Origin: a virus
DNA: 64,000 bases
Virus record (IMG/VR): IMGVR_UViG_3300023174_006980
Coordinates: 1 to 64,000 of that record
Reading direction: 5' to 3' (one strand)
In this document: positions 42,354 to 52,096 of the stretch, in pieces
Numbering within the stretch: position 1 is the stretch's first letter
How the letters are laid out: every line of letters starts with the position of its first letter
The notes under the pieces: generated by a model
Databases searched by the model: none
Seen by the model: the letters and a program-made list of their open reading frames with translations, nothing else
What the model was told of the DNA's origin: nothing
Made by a program: the position numbers and the translations under genes

Positions 42354-45134
42354 ATGTCAACATTTACACACACTAGTAAATTTTTAAGCCTTACACCATA
42401 TGTACTTATGGAGTATAGATACGGATCTGAGCCTCATCCGGAGTATCACCCTACAACATACGGATCAACCACTGTTGGATTTGAGAGGATAGTTAACGGA
42501 TATTTTAATGGAGCAGTTCAGATCTCTAACCGAGATAGCGATAAAGAAACAACAGGAAATGTTAGGGATTTAAGTGCTGTTCAAATCTCACAAAACACTT
42601 TTGTTAGATTGGATATAGACAGATTAAAGCAATATTTAGATTATGATAATAAGCTAACAGATGTTGCTAATCTACCTGTACAATTTGATGTTAATCTAAA
42701 TGTCTATTATGACACAATTAGATACCATTTCTTAGGCGGATTTGATTTTGGTCTTGCAGATGGTGTTATTTTACAGGTTCAATTTCCAGAAAAATCCGGA
42801 AAAAAATCTACAATTTCTCAGATAACATATCAGAAGGATGACATTGATATTATTAAGTACAATCCAAATCCAATTTATTTTAATGCTGGGATTTATGACA
42901 AGTACGTGGAGGTAAAAATCCCTAGCTATAATGTTATCACCTATGAATATGAATCACAGGTTCAAGCAGGTACTGCGAATCAAACAGTTGCTTCTAAATT
43001 AAGTTCCGATGGATATGGATTTGTAAGAAATAATCCATTTACTATTTCCCTTTATGAGATAGAATCGACCCAAAGATTAAATGGATTCTATTACTATAAC
43101 ACTCAAATTGTCTCTACTGCAACTATGACGCCATTTGATGAATATGGTGATCTTGCTGCTAACATCGTAGAGAATACAACATATGATTATTTTGATTATT
43201 ATCCCTCATGGAAAGGTAATTTCGTAGAGGATTTTATTTATGTCGAGGAAAGTTTAGGAAATAGCTATTATATTATACATGATATTGAGCTCTCAGAGCA
43301 GATTGGATTAAGCTCTATAACATCACAGAGATTTCAGACAATACAAACAAAAGATTACAACTCCCCGTATATTTATAGGCCGATAGTAACAAATCCAAGA
43401 GCAACAAGTTTTACGATCTCATATTCTATGAGATTAGTAAATAAATCCAGTAACATTTCTATATTAAGGGTATCAACACTCACCAGCACAGAGGTTGATA
43501 AATATGGTCCTGGATTAAATAGAATAAATCTTTTACATCAGCCATATCCACAAAAAATATACAATAAGGTTGTTGAGCCTATAGTTTCTAAAGCATACAC
43601 ACTTAATGTTAATCCCCTAGAAAGAGTGATAACAAAATATGTTCCTGCTTTCTTTGAAAGAGATTCTATTAATATCACAGAGGAGAATTTAACTCTAGAT
43701 AATCTGGGCGGATTAAAACAAGCAGACACCAAAGATGCAACTATAGCATTTGGACAGGGAAAGGCTAAAATTGTTATAAATCCATACGATAACTATTACA
43801 AGTTTAGAATATTTACAAAGAATGATGGCAAGGAAAATACGCTTTTAGATTTAGGAAATAGCACGGAGTTTTATTTAAATTTTGAAGGTGGAAATAATCT
43901 AACAGTTAAAGTGCCTAGTCTTTCAGGAAGTACTTTTCAAAATCCAAATAAGGGAGAATTAGTATTTAAACTCGTTGAGGCTGATTCTAAAAAAATCACA
44001 TCATTTAGCGGGAGAGACTTCCATATAGTTGCTAAAACATCTAATGGAATAGAAACTTCATTATACCATGGATATTGGATATTACCTAGCGAAAGGGATC
44101 AAAAACCTGTTGCGGTTACCGTTGCAACACCTACACCAAATCCTGTTAAGGTAGAAATTGCTCCTGTAAGCACATCTCCAACAACACCAACTGTTAATGT
44201 GATACCTCAACAACCATCAACATATTTTGATCCTAAGGTTGATCCAGTTATTATAAACGTTCCTCCGGTAGCTACAAACACTACAACCATAGATGAGATT
44301 CCTGTAAAACCGGTTAAACCTCGTATTGATATAGATGTTAACACGTTAGCAAGAGAAATCAAAATGAGTGAGGATTTGAAAAAGACAGTCAAAGAGATCT
44401 GTGATTACTACTTAGTTCCAGGAAGCCCTGGTAATTCTATGTATACAGGAATAACTAAAATGTTCTTTTTAGATGCAGCAATAATAGTACATCCCAACAC
44501 AACAAAAGGATTTAAAAGCGCTAAATTTTTGGAGTATGAACAATATCTAGGAATTAAATATTTAACATATCAGAACACGCCATATACACCTCCGAAGTCA
44601 ACAACTTCAGGATGCTTTGCAGCAGGAACGGAAATTACACTTATAGATAATTCTGTAATTGCTATAGAAAAAATAAAAGAGGGTCAGGTCATATTAACAT
44701 ACAACGAGCAGACTGGAAACAGAGAGCCTGGTGTTGTTAAAGCATTATTTACACCAATCAAGAATAATTTAGTTCTTCTTTCCCTCTCAAATGGCGTGAG
44801 AATTAAATGTACAACTGAACATCCAATATGGGCTATAAATAAAGGATGGTCTTCAATAGATCCTTTAAATTCTAAAAAACTACATGACATAGATTCTTTA
44901 CAGCTTATGGCAGGTGACATTTTAACGAATAAGGAGGGAAAGGAAGTAGTTTTAGAAAGTGTAGAAATTTTATCTGAGTCTTTGCAAGATGTTTATAATT
45001 TAGGTATTGAAGGAAATCACACATATTATGCTAATGGAATACTAGTTCATAATAAGACAGCTTCTGCAACCAATAATGTTGCGACAGGAACAGAGACTTC
45101 TAATTATTCCAGTAATAATGGAATGTATTATTAA
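42354..45134 (+). CDS. Virion protein with Pro/Thr linker and C-terminal Hint (intein-like) domain
   Basis: SG|CFAAGTEI (block A), CTTEHP (block B), VYNLGIEGNHTYYANGILVHN (blocks F/G). Confidence 0.8.
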   Translation: MSTFTHTSKFLSLTPYVLMEYRYGSEPHPEYHPTTYGSTTVGFERIVNGYFNGAVQISNRDSDKETTGNVRDLSAVQISQNTFVRLDIDRLKQYLDYDNKLTDVANLPVQFDVNLNVYYDTIRYHFLGGFDFGLADGVILQVQFPEKSGKKSTISQITYQKDDIDIIKYNPNPIYFNAGIYDKYVEVKIPSYNVITYEYESQVQAGTANQTVASKLSSDGYGFVRNNPFTISLYEIESTQRLNGFYYYNTQIVSTATMTPFDEYGDLAANIVENTTYDYFDYYPSWKGNFVEDFIYVEESLGNSYYIIHDIELSEQIGLSSITSQRFQTIQTKDYNSPYIYRPIVTNPRATSFTISYSMRLVNKSSNISILRVSTLTSTEVDKYGPGLNRINLLHQPYPQKIYNKVVEPIVSKAYTLNVNPLERVITKYVPAFFERDSINITEENLTLDNLGGLKQADTKDATIAFGQGKAKIVINPYDNYYKFRIFTKNDGKENTLLDLGNSTEFYLNFEGGNNLTVKVPSLSGSTFQNPNKGELVFKLVEADSKKITSFSGRDFHIVAKTSNGIETSLYHGYWILPSERDQKPVAVTVATPTPNPVKVEIAPVSTSPTTPTVNVIPQQPSTYFDPKVDPVIINVPPVATNTTTIDEIPVKPVKPRIDIDVNTLAREIKMSEDLKKTVKEICDYYLVPGSPGNSMYTGITKMFFLDAAIIVHPNTTKGFKSAKFLEYEQYLGIKYLTYQNTPYTPPKSTTSGCFAAGTEITLIDNSVIAIEKIKEGQVILTYNEQTGNREPGVVKALFTPIKNNLVLLSLSNGVRIKCTTEHPIWAINKGWSSIDPLNSKKLHDIDSLQLMAGDILTNKEGKEVVLESVEILSESLQDVYNLGIEGNHTYYANGILVHNKTASATNNVATGTETSNYSSNNGMYY
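44613..45053 (+). other. Hint domain, 147 aa, no endonuclease, +1 residue Lys
   Basis: Cys codon TGC at 44613; His-Asn at 45048-45053 followed by AAG (Lys). Confidence 0.85.
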
Positions 45135-45141
45135 ATAGATT

Positions 45142-45693
45142 ATGTTATTAAACAATAGGCAGAATAGCTTCATATTTACCCTTCCGAAGGGATATTTTTC
45201 TAAAGAATTAGAGGAAAAGTATAGATTGTATGTGGAAAGAATGCCTATACCCTATGACACACTTAGGGACTTTATGAATTCTACCATACAACAGATATCA
45301 TTTCCTTCATTAAGATCAGTTGATAGTGTGGAACAAACAAGACCCGGAGGTTTTAAGCAACACTATAAAAGTGCAACTAATATACAAAATCTAATCAGTA
45401 GGGATTTCAATGTCACTTTTAAACTAGGTGAGGGGATGATCAACTATTGGATCATGTATGAATCTATGCTAGAATTTTTAGATTTTCAAAATAAGAAAGA
45501 ATATCTACCCGATATGACTTTAAGACTTCTCGATAACGAGGGAGTTATAATGTCAAGTATAGAATTTGAGCAATCAATATATACATCGCTATCAGAGGTA
45601 CAGCTAAACTATTCAAGTACTACACCTCAATTCTCGACATTCAGTGTGGGATACAAATGTAATTACGTAAAAATAAAACTAGAGATTGGCTAA
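45142..45693 (+). CDS. Tail tube terminator / tail completion protein, T4 gp3-like
   Basis: IQQISFPS...FNVTFKLGE.MINYWIMYE...TLRLLDN...LSEVQLNYS...FSVGYKC pattern of tube-fold proteins. Confidence 0.55.
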   Translation: MLLNNRQNSFIFTLPKGYFSKELEEKYRLYVERMPIPYDTLRDFMNSTIQQISFPSLRSVDSVEQTRPGGFKQHYKSATNIQNLISRDFNVTFKLGEGMINYWIMYESMLEFLDFQNKKEYLPDMTLRLLDNEGVIMSSIEFEQSIYTSLSEVQLNYSSTTPQFSTFSVGYKCNYVKIKLEIG

Positions 45694-46351
45694 TATATTA
45701 GGAATTGATTTTTCATTAAATTCCCCAGCCTGGTGCCTATTAACGCCAGAAGGATCTAAATGGGGAACATTTCACCGCACAACAAAAAAAATTGATAGGA
45801 TGATGGTTAATGAGACCTCTCCTTTTAAAATATTTAATGAAAATCCGCACTTTAGTGTAAAGGTGATAGAGAAATTTAAGTTAGAGGGGGAGTATTTTGT
45901 TATAGAAAAGAAAAAGATAGAGAATTTTATAGAGATATCCGAAGAGTTTGTTGGTATGATGGAACCTCATATTGATTCAGACACTAAGATATTTATGGAG
46001 GGAATTAGTTTTGGTAGTTCAGGTAATTCATTAATTGATATATCAATGGCAACAGCATTAGTTAGGAAGAGACTAGTTGAAATAGTGGGATTCCAAAATT
46101 TAAACATATATTCTCCTACCTCCATTAAAAAATTTGCACTTAAGGGAAATTCTAAAAAAGATGAACTTTACATTCAATTATTGGATAAATATAAGGATAA
46201 TAAAAATTTAGAACCTTTAGTAAAAATATTGGAACAAAATAAAGGAATATGGATAAAGAATAGTAAAGAGGTTGAAACACCATGCTCAGATTTAATAGAT
46301 GCAACATGGATCAGTCTTTTTGGAAAGCATATTTTAGGAGAAACTTTTTAG
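45686..46351 (+). CDS. RuvC-like Holliday junction resolvase
   Basis: ILGIDFSLNSPA, IFMEGISFGS, PTSIKKFA..GN.KKD and DLIDA. TTG start. Confidence 0.8.
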   Translation: MANILGIDFSLNSPAWCLLTPEGSKWGTFHRTTKKIDRMMVNETSPFKIFNENPHFSVKVIEKFKLEGEYFVIEKKKIENFIEISEEFVGMMEPHIDSDTKIFMEGISFGSSGNSLIDISMATALVRKRLVEIVGFQNLNIYSPTSIKKFALKGNSKKDELYIQLLDKYKDNKNLEPLVKILEQNKGIWIKNSKEVETPCSDLIDATWISLFGKHILGETF

Positions 46352-46367
46352 AATCATTTAGGTATAA
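46340..46367 (+). promoter_or_regulatory. GAAAC-N18-TATAA candidate early/middle promoter for gp32
   Basis: GAAAC at 46340-46344 and TATAA at 46363-46367; similar elements occur before other non-structural genes. Confidence 0.45.
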
Positions 46368-46409
46368 ATTTAGTAAACAACAATTTAAATAATAAAAATT
46401 AAGAAAAAC

Positions 46410-47378
46410 ATGGAAACATTTGACATCTTTAGTTTAGACAACGAAGACTTTTTAAAACCAGAAGCAACAACAGGAACAGGCGATTCAAGTATCTACAAGC
46501 CTTACCCAGAATTAGGAAAAGACGGGGTTTACAAATCCCTTATCCGCTTTATTCCTAACGTAGCAAATCCAAAAAAATCAAAAATCCACAAGTATTACGT
46601 TTGGTTAAAAGACCCTGCAGACGGAAGTAATTTTGTTGCTGATTGTCCATCAACAGTGGGAAAAAAATCAATTCTTAAAGACATCTTTTGGAAATTGAAA
46701 AATTCTGCATCTGCAAAGGATCAAGAGCTTGCAAAATCATTTGCTCGTAAGGAAGATTATTATTCTCTTATTCAAATCGTAAAGGATCCAAATAAACCTG
46801 AATTAGAGGGTAAAGTAATGATCTTTAAATTTGGTAAGAAAGTTGCAGATCTTATTGAACAACAAATTAAACCAGAATACGGTACACCTTGTAATCCTTA
46901 TGATCTTTTTGAAGGAAAGAATTTTGGAATACATGTAAGAAAAGTAGGAGACTGGAACAATTATGATCTTTGTCAATTTGTTGGAGACAAATGTCCTATT
47001 AACATAAATGGTATACCTGTAGAAAAAACAGAAGAATTCCAAAAAACAATTGTAGAATATTTAAAATCAGGTCCACAAGACATGGCTGAAAAATATGACT
47101 ATAAGGAATGGTCTGATTCTGATAGAGATAGAATAACATCTATTATCAGAAATACAGTTCCAGACGGAAGAATGCTATCTGACATACTTTCAGGATCCCC
47201 AGACTCTAAAGGTTCGTCTAGTACATCCTCAAACCCTATCAAAAAAGAACCGAAGAAAGATGCTTCAGCAGACTTTTTCTCAGACACTAAAGCTGTAGAG
47301 GAATCTGAAGTTGTGACTTCTTCCCCTAAAAAATTCCAATCTTCCAGTAGTCTTGATGACTTGTATAATGATCTCTAA
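46410..47378 (+). CDS. gp32: Single-stranded DNA-binding protein, T4 gp32-like
   Basis: LIRFIP, DCPSTVG, IVKDP..PELEGKVMIFKFGKK, NPYDLFEGKNF, NYD and the acidic tail SSSLDDLYNDL. Confidence 0.9.
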   Translation: METFDIFSLDNEDFLKPEATTGTGDSSIYKPYPELGKDGVYKSLIRFIPNVANPKKSKIHKYYVWLKDPADGSNFVADCPSTVGKKSILKDIFWKLKNSASAKDQELAKSFARKEDYYSLIQIVKDPNKPELEGKVMIFKFGKKVADLIEQQIKPEYGTPCNPYDLFEGKNFGIHVRKVGDWNNYDLCQFVGDKCPININGIPVEKTEEFQKTIVEYLKSGPQDMAEKYDYKEWSDSDRDRITSIIRNTVPDGRMLSDILSGSPDSKGSSSTSSNPIKKEPKKDASADFFSDTKAVEESEVVTSSPKKFQSSSSLDDLYNDL

Positions 47379-47399
47379 TTAATTAAATTATGAGACCAT

Positions 47400-48452
47400 A
47401 TGCAAAAGCTAGGATTAGAAGACGTGAAAGGACTTGTTCTGAAAGTTCTCCAGAAAGAATTTCCTGGGGATACTAATAGACAAAAGATTTATCAATCAAA
47501 AGATAGGTTAAACTTTTCTTGTCCATACTGTAGAGATTCAAATGACCCTAGAAAAAAGAGAGGCAATCTATATTTAGAGAGCCTCTCTTTTAAATGTTAT
47601 AATGGAGGGTGCGGTAATTTCAGAGACCTGATAGGATTTCTCTATGACTACGGACTAAAAAAAGAATTAACTCCAGATCAGATTGAGGATGCTAAGAACA
47701 CAATAGCATCCAAGAAAACTAACAGAAGGTTATCTGCTAGTGTTGATGTTTTTATTCTGGATAATTATAGAGATATAATAATACCTAGAGAATTATATAA
47801 AGAGAAGCTAAATCTTATAGAATTACCTAGACCTATTGTGGAATATCTAAGAGGAAGAAATCAAGGTGCGGATGAAAGATACCTTTATGCACCTGATAAA
47901 AAATCATTACATATTCTTAATCTTACCTCTGATGGGAAATATATTCTAGGTTTACAACTTAGAAATATGAACAAATGGGCTACCAATAAATATTTCACCT
48001 ATAAGCTAAGTGGTATTTATAAAAATCTATTAAGGATAAATAATTCAGAAATAATCTCAAAGGCAGAACAACTAGATCCTATTTCTAATGTTTTTGGATT
48101 CTCCTCTGTTGATCTTGATAGCATGGTAACAATTTTTGAGGGACCATTAGATTCTTTCCTTTTTCCAAATTCTGTGGGGCTTTGTTCCGTTAATAATCAA
48201 TTCCCATTTGATATAGAAAATAAAAGATGGTTCTTCGACGGAGATGCTGCAGGAAGAGATGCATTAAGAAAAAAATTATCTGAGGGTGAAACTGTTTTTC
48301 TCTGGAAGAAATTCTTAGATGATAATGGATTACCTGAAAGGGATAAATGGGATTTGAATGATGTTGTTGATTATCTGAGATCAACAGGTAAACAAATTAA
48401 AAGATTCGATAAATATTTTGGAAATTCACCATGGGATCTAATTTTAATATAA
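47400..48452 (+). CDS. gp61: DNA primase, T4 gp61-like
   Basis: Zn-binding NFSCPYCRDS..KKRG...FKCYNGGC; TOPRIM motifs IFEGPLDS, FDGD and DLND. Confidence 0.9.
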   Translation: MQKLGLEDVKGLVLKVLQKEFPGDTNRQKIYQSKDRLNFSCPYCRDSNDPRKKRGNLYLESLSFKCYNGGCGNFRDLIGFLYDYGLKKELTPDQIEDAKNTIASKKTNRRLSASVDVFILDNYRDIIIPRELYKEKLNLIELPRPIVEYLRGRNQGADERYLYAPDKKSLHILNLTSDGKYILGLQLRNMNKWATNKYFTYKLSGIYKNLLRINNSEIISKAEQLDPISNVFGFSSVDLDSMVTIFEGPLDSFLFPNSVGLCSVNNQFPFDIENKRWFFDGDAAGRDALRKKLSEGETVFLWKKFLDDNGLPERDKWDLNDVVDYLRSTGKQIKRFDKYFGNSPWDLILI

Positions 48453-48649
48453 CGAGGGAAGATTTAGACAGAATCGAAAGTAAGAAAGGAAAGCTTAAGT
48501 CAATCATTTCTTATAAGGTAGATGAATCTTTAGAAATGCCCGATCTGGAAAAAAACTTTACTCCGCAGGAGATAAAGAGCAGCAAAGCAATAAAAAAAGA
48601 AATAGTTGATTTAAGAAAAAAGAAAAATAAAAGCAATAAACTTATATGA
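48431..48649 (+). CDS. Small hypothetical protein
   Basis: 72-aa ORF filling the primase-uvsY gap and overlapping both. Confidence 0.55.
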   Translation: MGSNFNITREDLDRIESKKGKLKSIISYKVDESLEMPDLEKNFTPQEIKSSKAIKKEIVDLRKKKNKSNKLI

Positions 48650-49083
48650 GTGATATACAAGATTTTGAAGAAAAATTCACAGGAGAGAGGTCTGAATGGA
48701 CTGAAAGAATTAGAGAACTTTCTATACGTATGAGAAATATCAGAGAGATAGGAGAGGTCCAAGTTGAACTCTATTCGGATAGACAAAAACTTCTTGAGTA
48801 TGCATATAAGCTTGGCCAAGTTCTTAGTAAATTAAATGCTAAGTATAGAGCGGATAAGAAAACTAAGATGATGTATTATTCAGAGGAACATAATGTTAGA
48901 TATGGCTCCAACGAAAAAACAACTTTAATAGATGGAGATCTATCTGAATTAAAAAGAAAAATAGATATAGTAGATAATCAAATGAGTTTTTTAAATGAAA
49001 CAACAAAAACAGTTGATCATTTCCTTTATGGTATAAAATCGCGAATTTCTCTAGAGGAATTTATGAGAGGTGGAATAAAATAA
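48646..49083 (+). CDS. uvsY: Recombination mediator UvsY-like
   Basis: All-helical 145-aa protein, KMMYYS...IDGD...FL....K......YGIKSRI, adjacent to uvsW. Confidence 0.7.
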   Translation: MSDIQDFEEKFTGERSEWTERIRELSIRMRNIREIGEVQVELYSDRQKLLEYAYKLGQVLSKLNAKYRADKKTKMMYYSEEHNVRYGSNEKTTLIDGDLSELKRKIDIVDNQMSFLNETTKTVDHFLYGIKSRISLEEFMRGGIK

Positions 49084-49091
49084 TTATTTTA

Positions 49092-50618
49092 ATGATTAAA
49101 TTTATAGTTTCCGAAGATTTACAATGGCTTATATTAAATGACTATAATGAGGAAGTTGATAAAAAACAGCTTGAGCTATCTTTAACAAGAAAAATACATA
49201 ATCACTTTTTCCATCCATTGGTGAAGAAAAAAATATGGAATGGTGAAATATGTTTCATAGATAAAAAAGGACCCCTATGGAGAATACCTATAGGATTATG
49301 GAGTGAGGTTTTTGATATAGGAGAAAAATATAAAATAGAAATAGAGGTTATAGGTCTGGATCATATTATTGATAACACCCTTACTCTTGAAGACTTTACC
49401 CTATGGGCAAATGATTTTTTCAAAGATAAAGAATTAAAACCAAGAGATTATCAGATAGAAGCTGCTTGGAAAATAGTTAGATTTAGATTCTCTTGTCTTG
49501 AAATTGCAACATCATCAGGAAAGACCCTTATAGCTTTTATAGTTCTAGCTTACCTTAAGAATATAAGGGGTATTAATAAATTCCTTATGATAGTTCCTAA
49601 TACAACACTTATTCTTCAGGGATCTGAGGATTTTGAAGGGTATGGTTTAAAAGAACTAGATAACTGCGATATACAATTAATTCATGGCGGTAACAAAAAT
49701 AAAATATCTGGTGGATTAATGATAGGAACTTATCAATCATTAGTTAAGCAGGAAGACTCTTTTTTTGAAGGAGTTGAAGCAATATTTGTGGATGAGTCCC
49801 ATCAGACTTCGGCAAAATCAATCAAAGATGTTATATCAAAGTGTAAAGATTCTAGATATAGATTTGGTCTTTCTGGTACACTTACTAATAGAAATACTGC
49901 AGAGCATTTAACTATACAGCAATTTTTAGGTCCTTTAGTCATGGAGATAAGTCCAAAATTTTTATTTGATAACAAATATGCAACCCCTGTTTCCATAAAG
50001 ATAGTAAAGATGGACTGGCTTGATAATGATATAAAAAGGAAGCTATATGATCTAAGAAAAAATAAGAGTGAAATAGAGGGTAATGAAATATTTTCCATAG
50101 AAAGAAAGCTAGTTGTATCCTCTGATAAAAGACTTAATTATATAGTGGATTTCGTTGCTAAAACAAGCAAGAATTCTTTAGTGCTTTTCCAGTCAGTGGG
50201 TGACGGATACGGGAAAAGAATTTATGATATTCTAAGGGAGATCCAGGCGGAAAAAGAAATCTATTATGTTGATGGAGACACTGATCCACAGCAGAGGGAT
50301 TATTTTAAAAACAAAATGGAAGAAGGAGTTAATAAAGTAATGGTTGCCAGCTTTGGTACACTAAGTACTGGGGTATCTATGAAGAACATACACAATATAT
50401 TTCTGACCGAATCCTATAAGTCAGAGGTTTTAATTAAACAAAGTCTAGGTAGGGGTATGAGACTGTATGAAGGTAAGGAGAAGGTAAATATCATAGATTT
50501 TGTTGACGATTTCTCATGTGAGGGATCTGATAACTATCTTATGAAGCATTCCAATGAAAGGATAGAGATCTACAAAAGGGAAAAATTCGAATATAAAATA
50601 TACAACGTCAAGCTTTAG
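49092..50618 (+). CDS. uvsW: SF2 DNA helicase UvsW-like
   Basis: PRDYQ, ATSSGKT, VDESH, FGLSGT, STGVS and QSLGRGMR. Confidence 0.9.
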   Translation: MIKFIVSEDLQWLILNDYNEEVDKKQLELSLTRKIHNHFFHPLVKKKIWNGEICFIDKKGPLWRIPIGLWSEVFDIGEKYKIEIEVIGLDHIIDNTLTLEDFTLWANDFFKDKELKPRDYQIEAAWKIVRFRFSCLEIATSSGKTLIAFIVLAYLKNIRGINKFLMIVPNTTLILQGSEDFEGYGLKELDNCDIQLIHGGNKNKISGGLMIGTYQSLVKQEDSFFEGVEAIFVDESHQTSAKSIKDVISKCKDSRYRFGLSGTLTNRNTAEHLTIQQFLGPLVMEISPKFLFDNKYATPVSIKIVKMDWLDNDIKRKLYDLRKNKSEIEGNEIFSIERKLVVSSDKRLNYIVDFVAKTSKNSLVLFQSVGDGYGKRIYDILREIQAEKEIYYVDGDTDPQQRDYFKNKMEEGVNKVMVASFGTLSTGVSMKNIHNIFLTESYKSEVLIKQSLGRGMRLYEGKEKVNIIDFVDDFSCEGSDNYLMKHSNERIEIYKREKFEYKIYNVKL

Positions 50619-50647
50619 TCACTTCTTGTTTTTATTGCTATCATTTG

Positions 50648-50655
50648 GATATATA
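50648..50655 (+). promoter_or_regulatory. GATATATA box (candidate late promoter)
   Basis: Exact motif upstream of ATG 50668. Confidence 0.65.
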
Positions 50656-50667
50656 AAATAAAAAAGC

Positions 50668-51372
50668 ATGAAGCACTTAGACTCGTTTGACTTATTTGAG
50701 GGCAAGAATCCTTTTAAAAAATATAATTCCTACGAATATTATTCCGGGAATAAAGCCCAACCTGGATATGGACAGTTTCTTTATGATTTTTTTAAAGGAA
50801 TGAATGACAGATTTAAAGCATTTAATAGTTACTATAAGAGTAATATAGCTGCAACGAATGTTAATGGTGTGAAGATAGACACTGGTTTAGGCTGGTTAAT
50901 AGGAACAGCAGGGGATCTAGCAACATCAATACCTATGAAAATATTTGAGCCCTCTAAGCTTTATAATAAGGTGGATAATAAAGACCCATTAAAAAACAAA
51001 AAATCAACGTTTCCGTCGGGATCTACTGGTTCTACATCTAAACTTAAAACACCAAAAAGTGAAGCTGAGGTTACCCCAGAACATCAAAGACTCCTAAGCA
51101 ACAATTTTATAAAAAATGATTTGTCTAAGATTAATAGCGATGAAGATATGCAAAACTATGTAGAAAAATTCTATAAGGATCTGGGTGTTAAACCAGGAAT
51201 GAGCAAAAGCGCTGATAATGCAACGACAAACATGGTTACATCTTGGTATAATAAAAGAAGTGGAAGAATGCCCACTATTGCTAGCGACACAATGACATCA
51301 AGCGAGATTGATGCTGCTCAGAGAGAGGGAGATGGAGCGGAAGCTTTATCAACTTTTTCTGTGTTAAAATAA
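50668..51372 (+). CDS. Hypothetical protein with CTS-like N-terminus (candidate internal head protein)
   Basis: N-terminus MKHLDSFDLFE. Confidence 0.55.
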   Translation: MKHLDSFDLFEGKNPFKKYNSYEYYSGNKAQPGYGQFLYDFFKGMNDRFKAFNSYYKSNIAATNVNGVKIDTGLGWLIGTAGDLATSIPMKIFEPSKLYNKVDNKDPLKNKKSTFPSGSTGSTSKLKTPKSEAEVTPEHQRLLSNNFIKNDLSKINSDEDMQNYVEKFYKDLGVKPGMSKSADNATTNMVTSWYNKRSGRMPTIASDTMTSSEIDAAQREGDGAEALSTFSVLK

Positions 51373-51390
51373 AATAAAATAAAATAGAAA

Positions 51391-51645
51391 ATGAAAAAAG
51401 TATCACAAATACAAGAAGGTTTAAAAACCGAAAGAGAATCAGCTATTACTAAAATAGACGAGACCAATAAGTATTTAACTTTTGCTAAGAAATACTATAA
51501 GAAAAGCGGTGTTTCTGGACCTTTCGACGAGAAATTCAAGGGAGATAAAAAAGCTCAAGAAAAATTTATGGAGGAATTAGGAAAGGCATGGAAGGAACAT
51601 AAAAAAAAGGAAGGAATTAAAACTAGTAGTAACAAACCCTATTAA
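51391..51645 (+). CDS. Small charged protein, possible prohead core/internal protein
   Basis: 84 aa; IQE and IDE sites; helical YLTFAKKYYKKSGVSGP...KFMEELGKAW. Confidence 0.45.
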   Translation: MKKVSQIQEGLKTERESAITKIDETNKYLTFAKKYYKKSGVSGPFDEKFKGDKKAQEKFMEELGKAWKEHKKKEGIKTSSNKPY

Positions 51646-51667
51646 TTGATCTATAAAGATATAATCT

Positions 51668-52093
51668 ATGCATGATATACTTTACCCAGTTATTGAGCAC
51701 TATATAGGTGCTGTGGTTTCGCAGATTAAGAGAAGTAAAAAATTAGTTTTGTTTAAAACTGCTTTAGGACAGGGGGGTTTTATACAAAAGAATGATGATG
51801 GAAATTGGGATCTTGTAGTTGATGATGAAAAGGTAGCAGAAATTGAAAATATATTATTTTCAGTTTTTTCCCAACCTGATAAACATCCACCGATAGATAA
51901 GTATTATAAAAAATTATTGAGTCTAAAGAAAAAAGGATTAAACTATAGATCAGGACTTTTGGTAGACCAATTAATAGAGTCAATAGAAATACTTCTTTTA
52001 ATAGGCGATGTTAAATTAAAAAGCCCAGTGTCTTTTGGGCCTTTTTATATTTTTAGTTTGGATAATAAAAAACAAGTTATAGTATTAAATTAG
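51668..52093 (+). CDS. Hypothetical protein
   Basis: 141-aa ORF in the operon; no family recognised. Confidence 0.65.
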   Translation: MHDILYPVIEHYIGAVVSQIKRSKKLVLFKTALGQGGFIQKNDDGNWDLVVDDEKVAEIENILFSVFSQPDKHPPIDKYYKKLLSLKKKGLNYRSGLLVDQLIESIEILLLIGDVKLKSPVSFGPFYIFSLDNKKQVIVLN

Positions 52094-52096
52094 AAT

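Noticed and set aside
44613-45053. Canonical mobile intein
   Set aside because: No homing endonuclease, Lys at +1, and the position is near the C-terminus rather than in a conserved enzyme motif.
1-45693. Bacterial extracellular contractile injection system or eukaryotic giant virus
   Set aside because: A neck protein plus T4-like gp32, gp61, UvsY, UvsW and gp43 indicate a tailed jumbo phage, and no NCLDV hallmark genes were seen.
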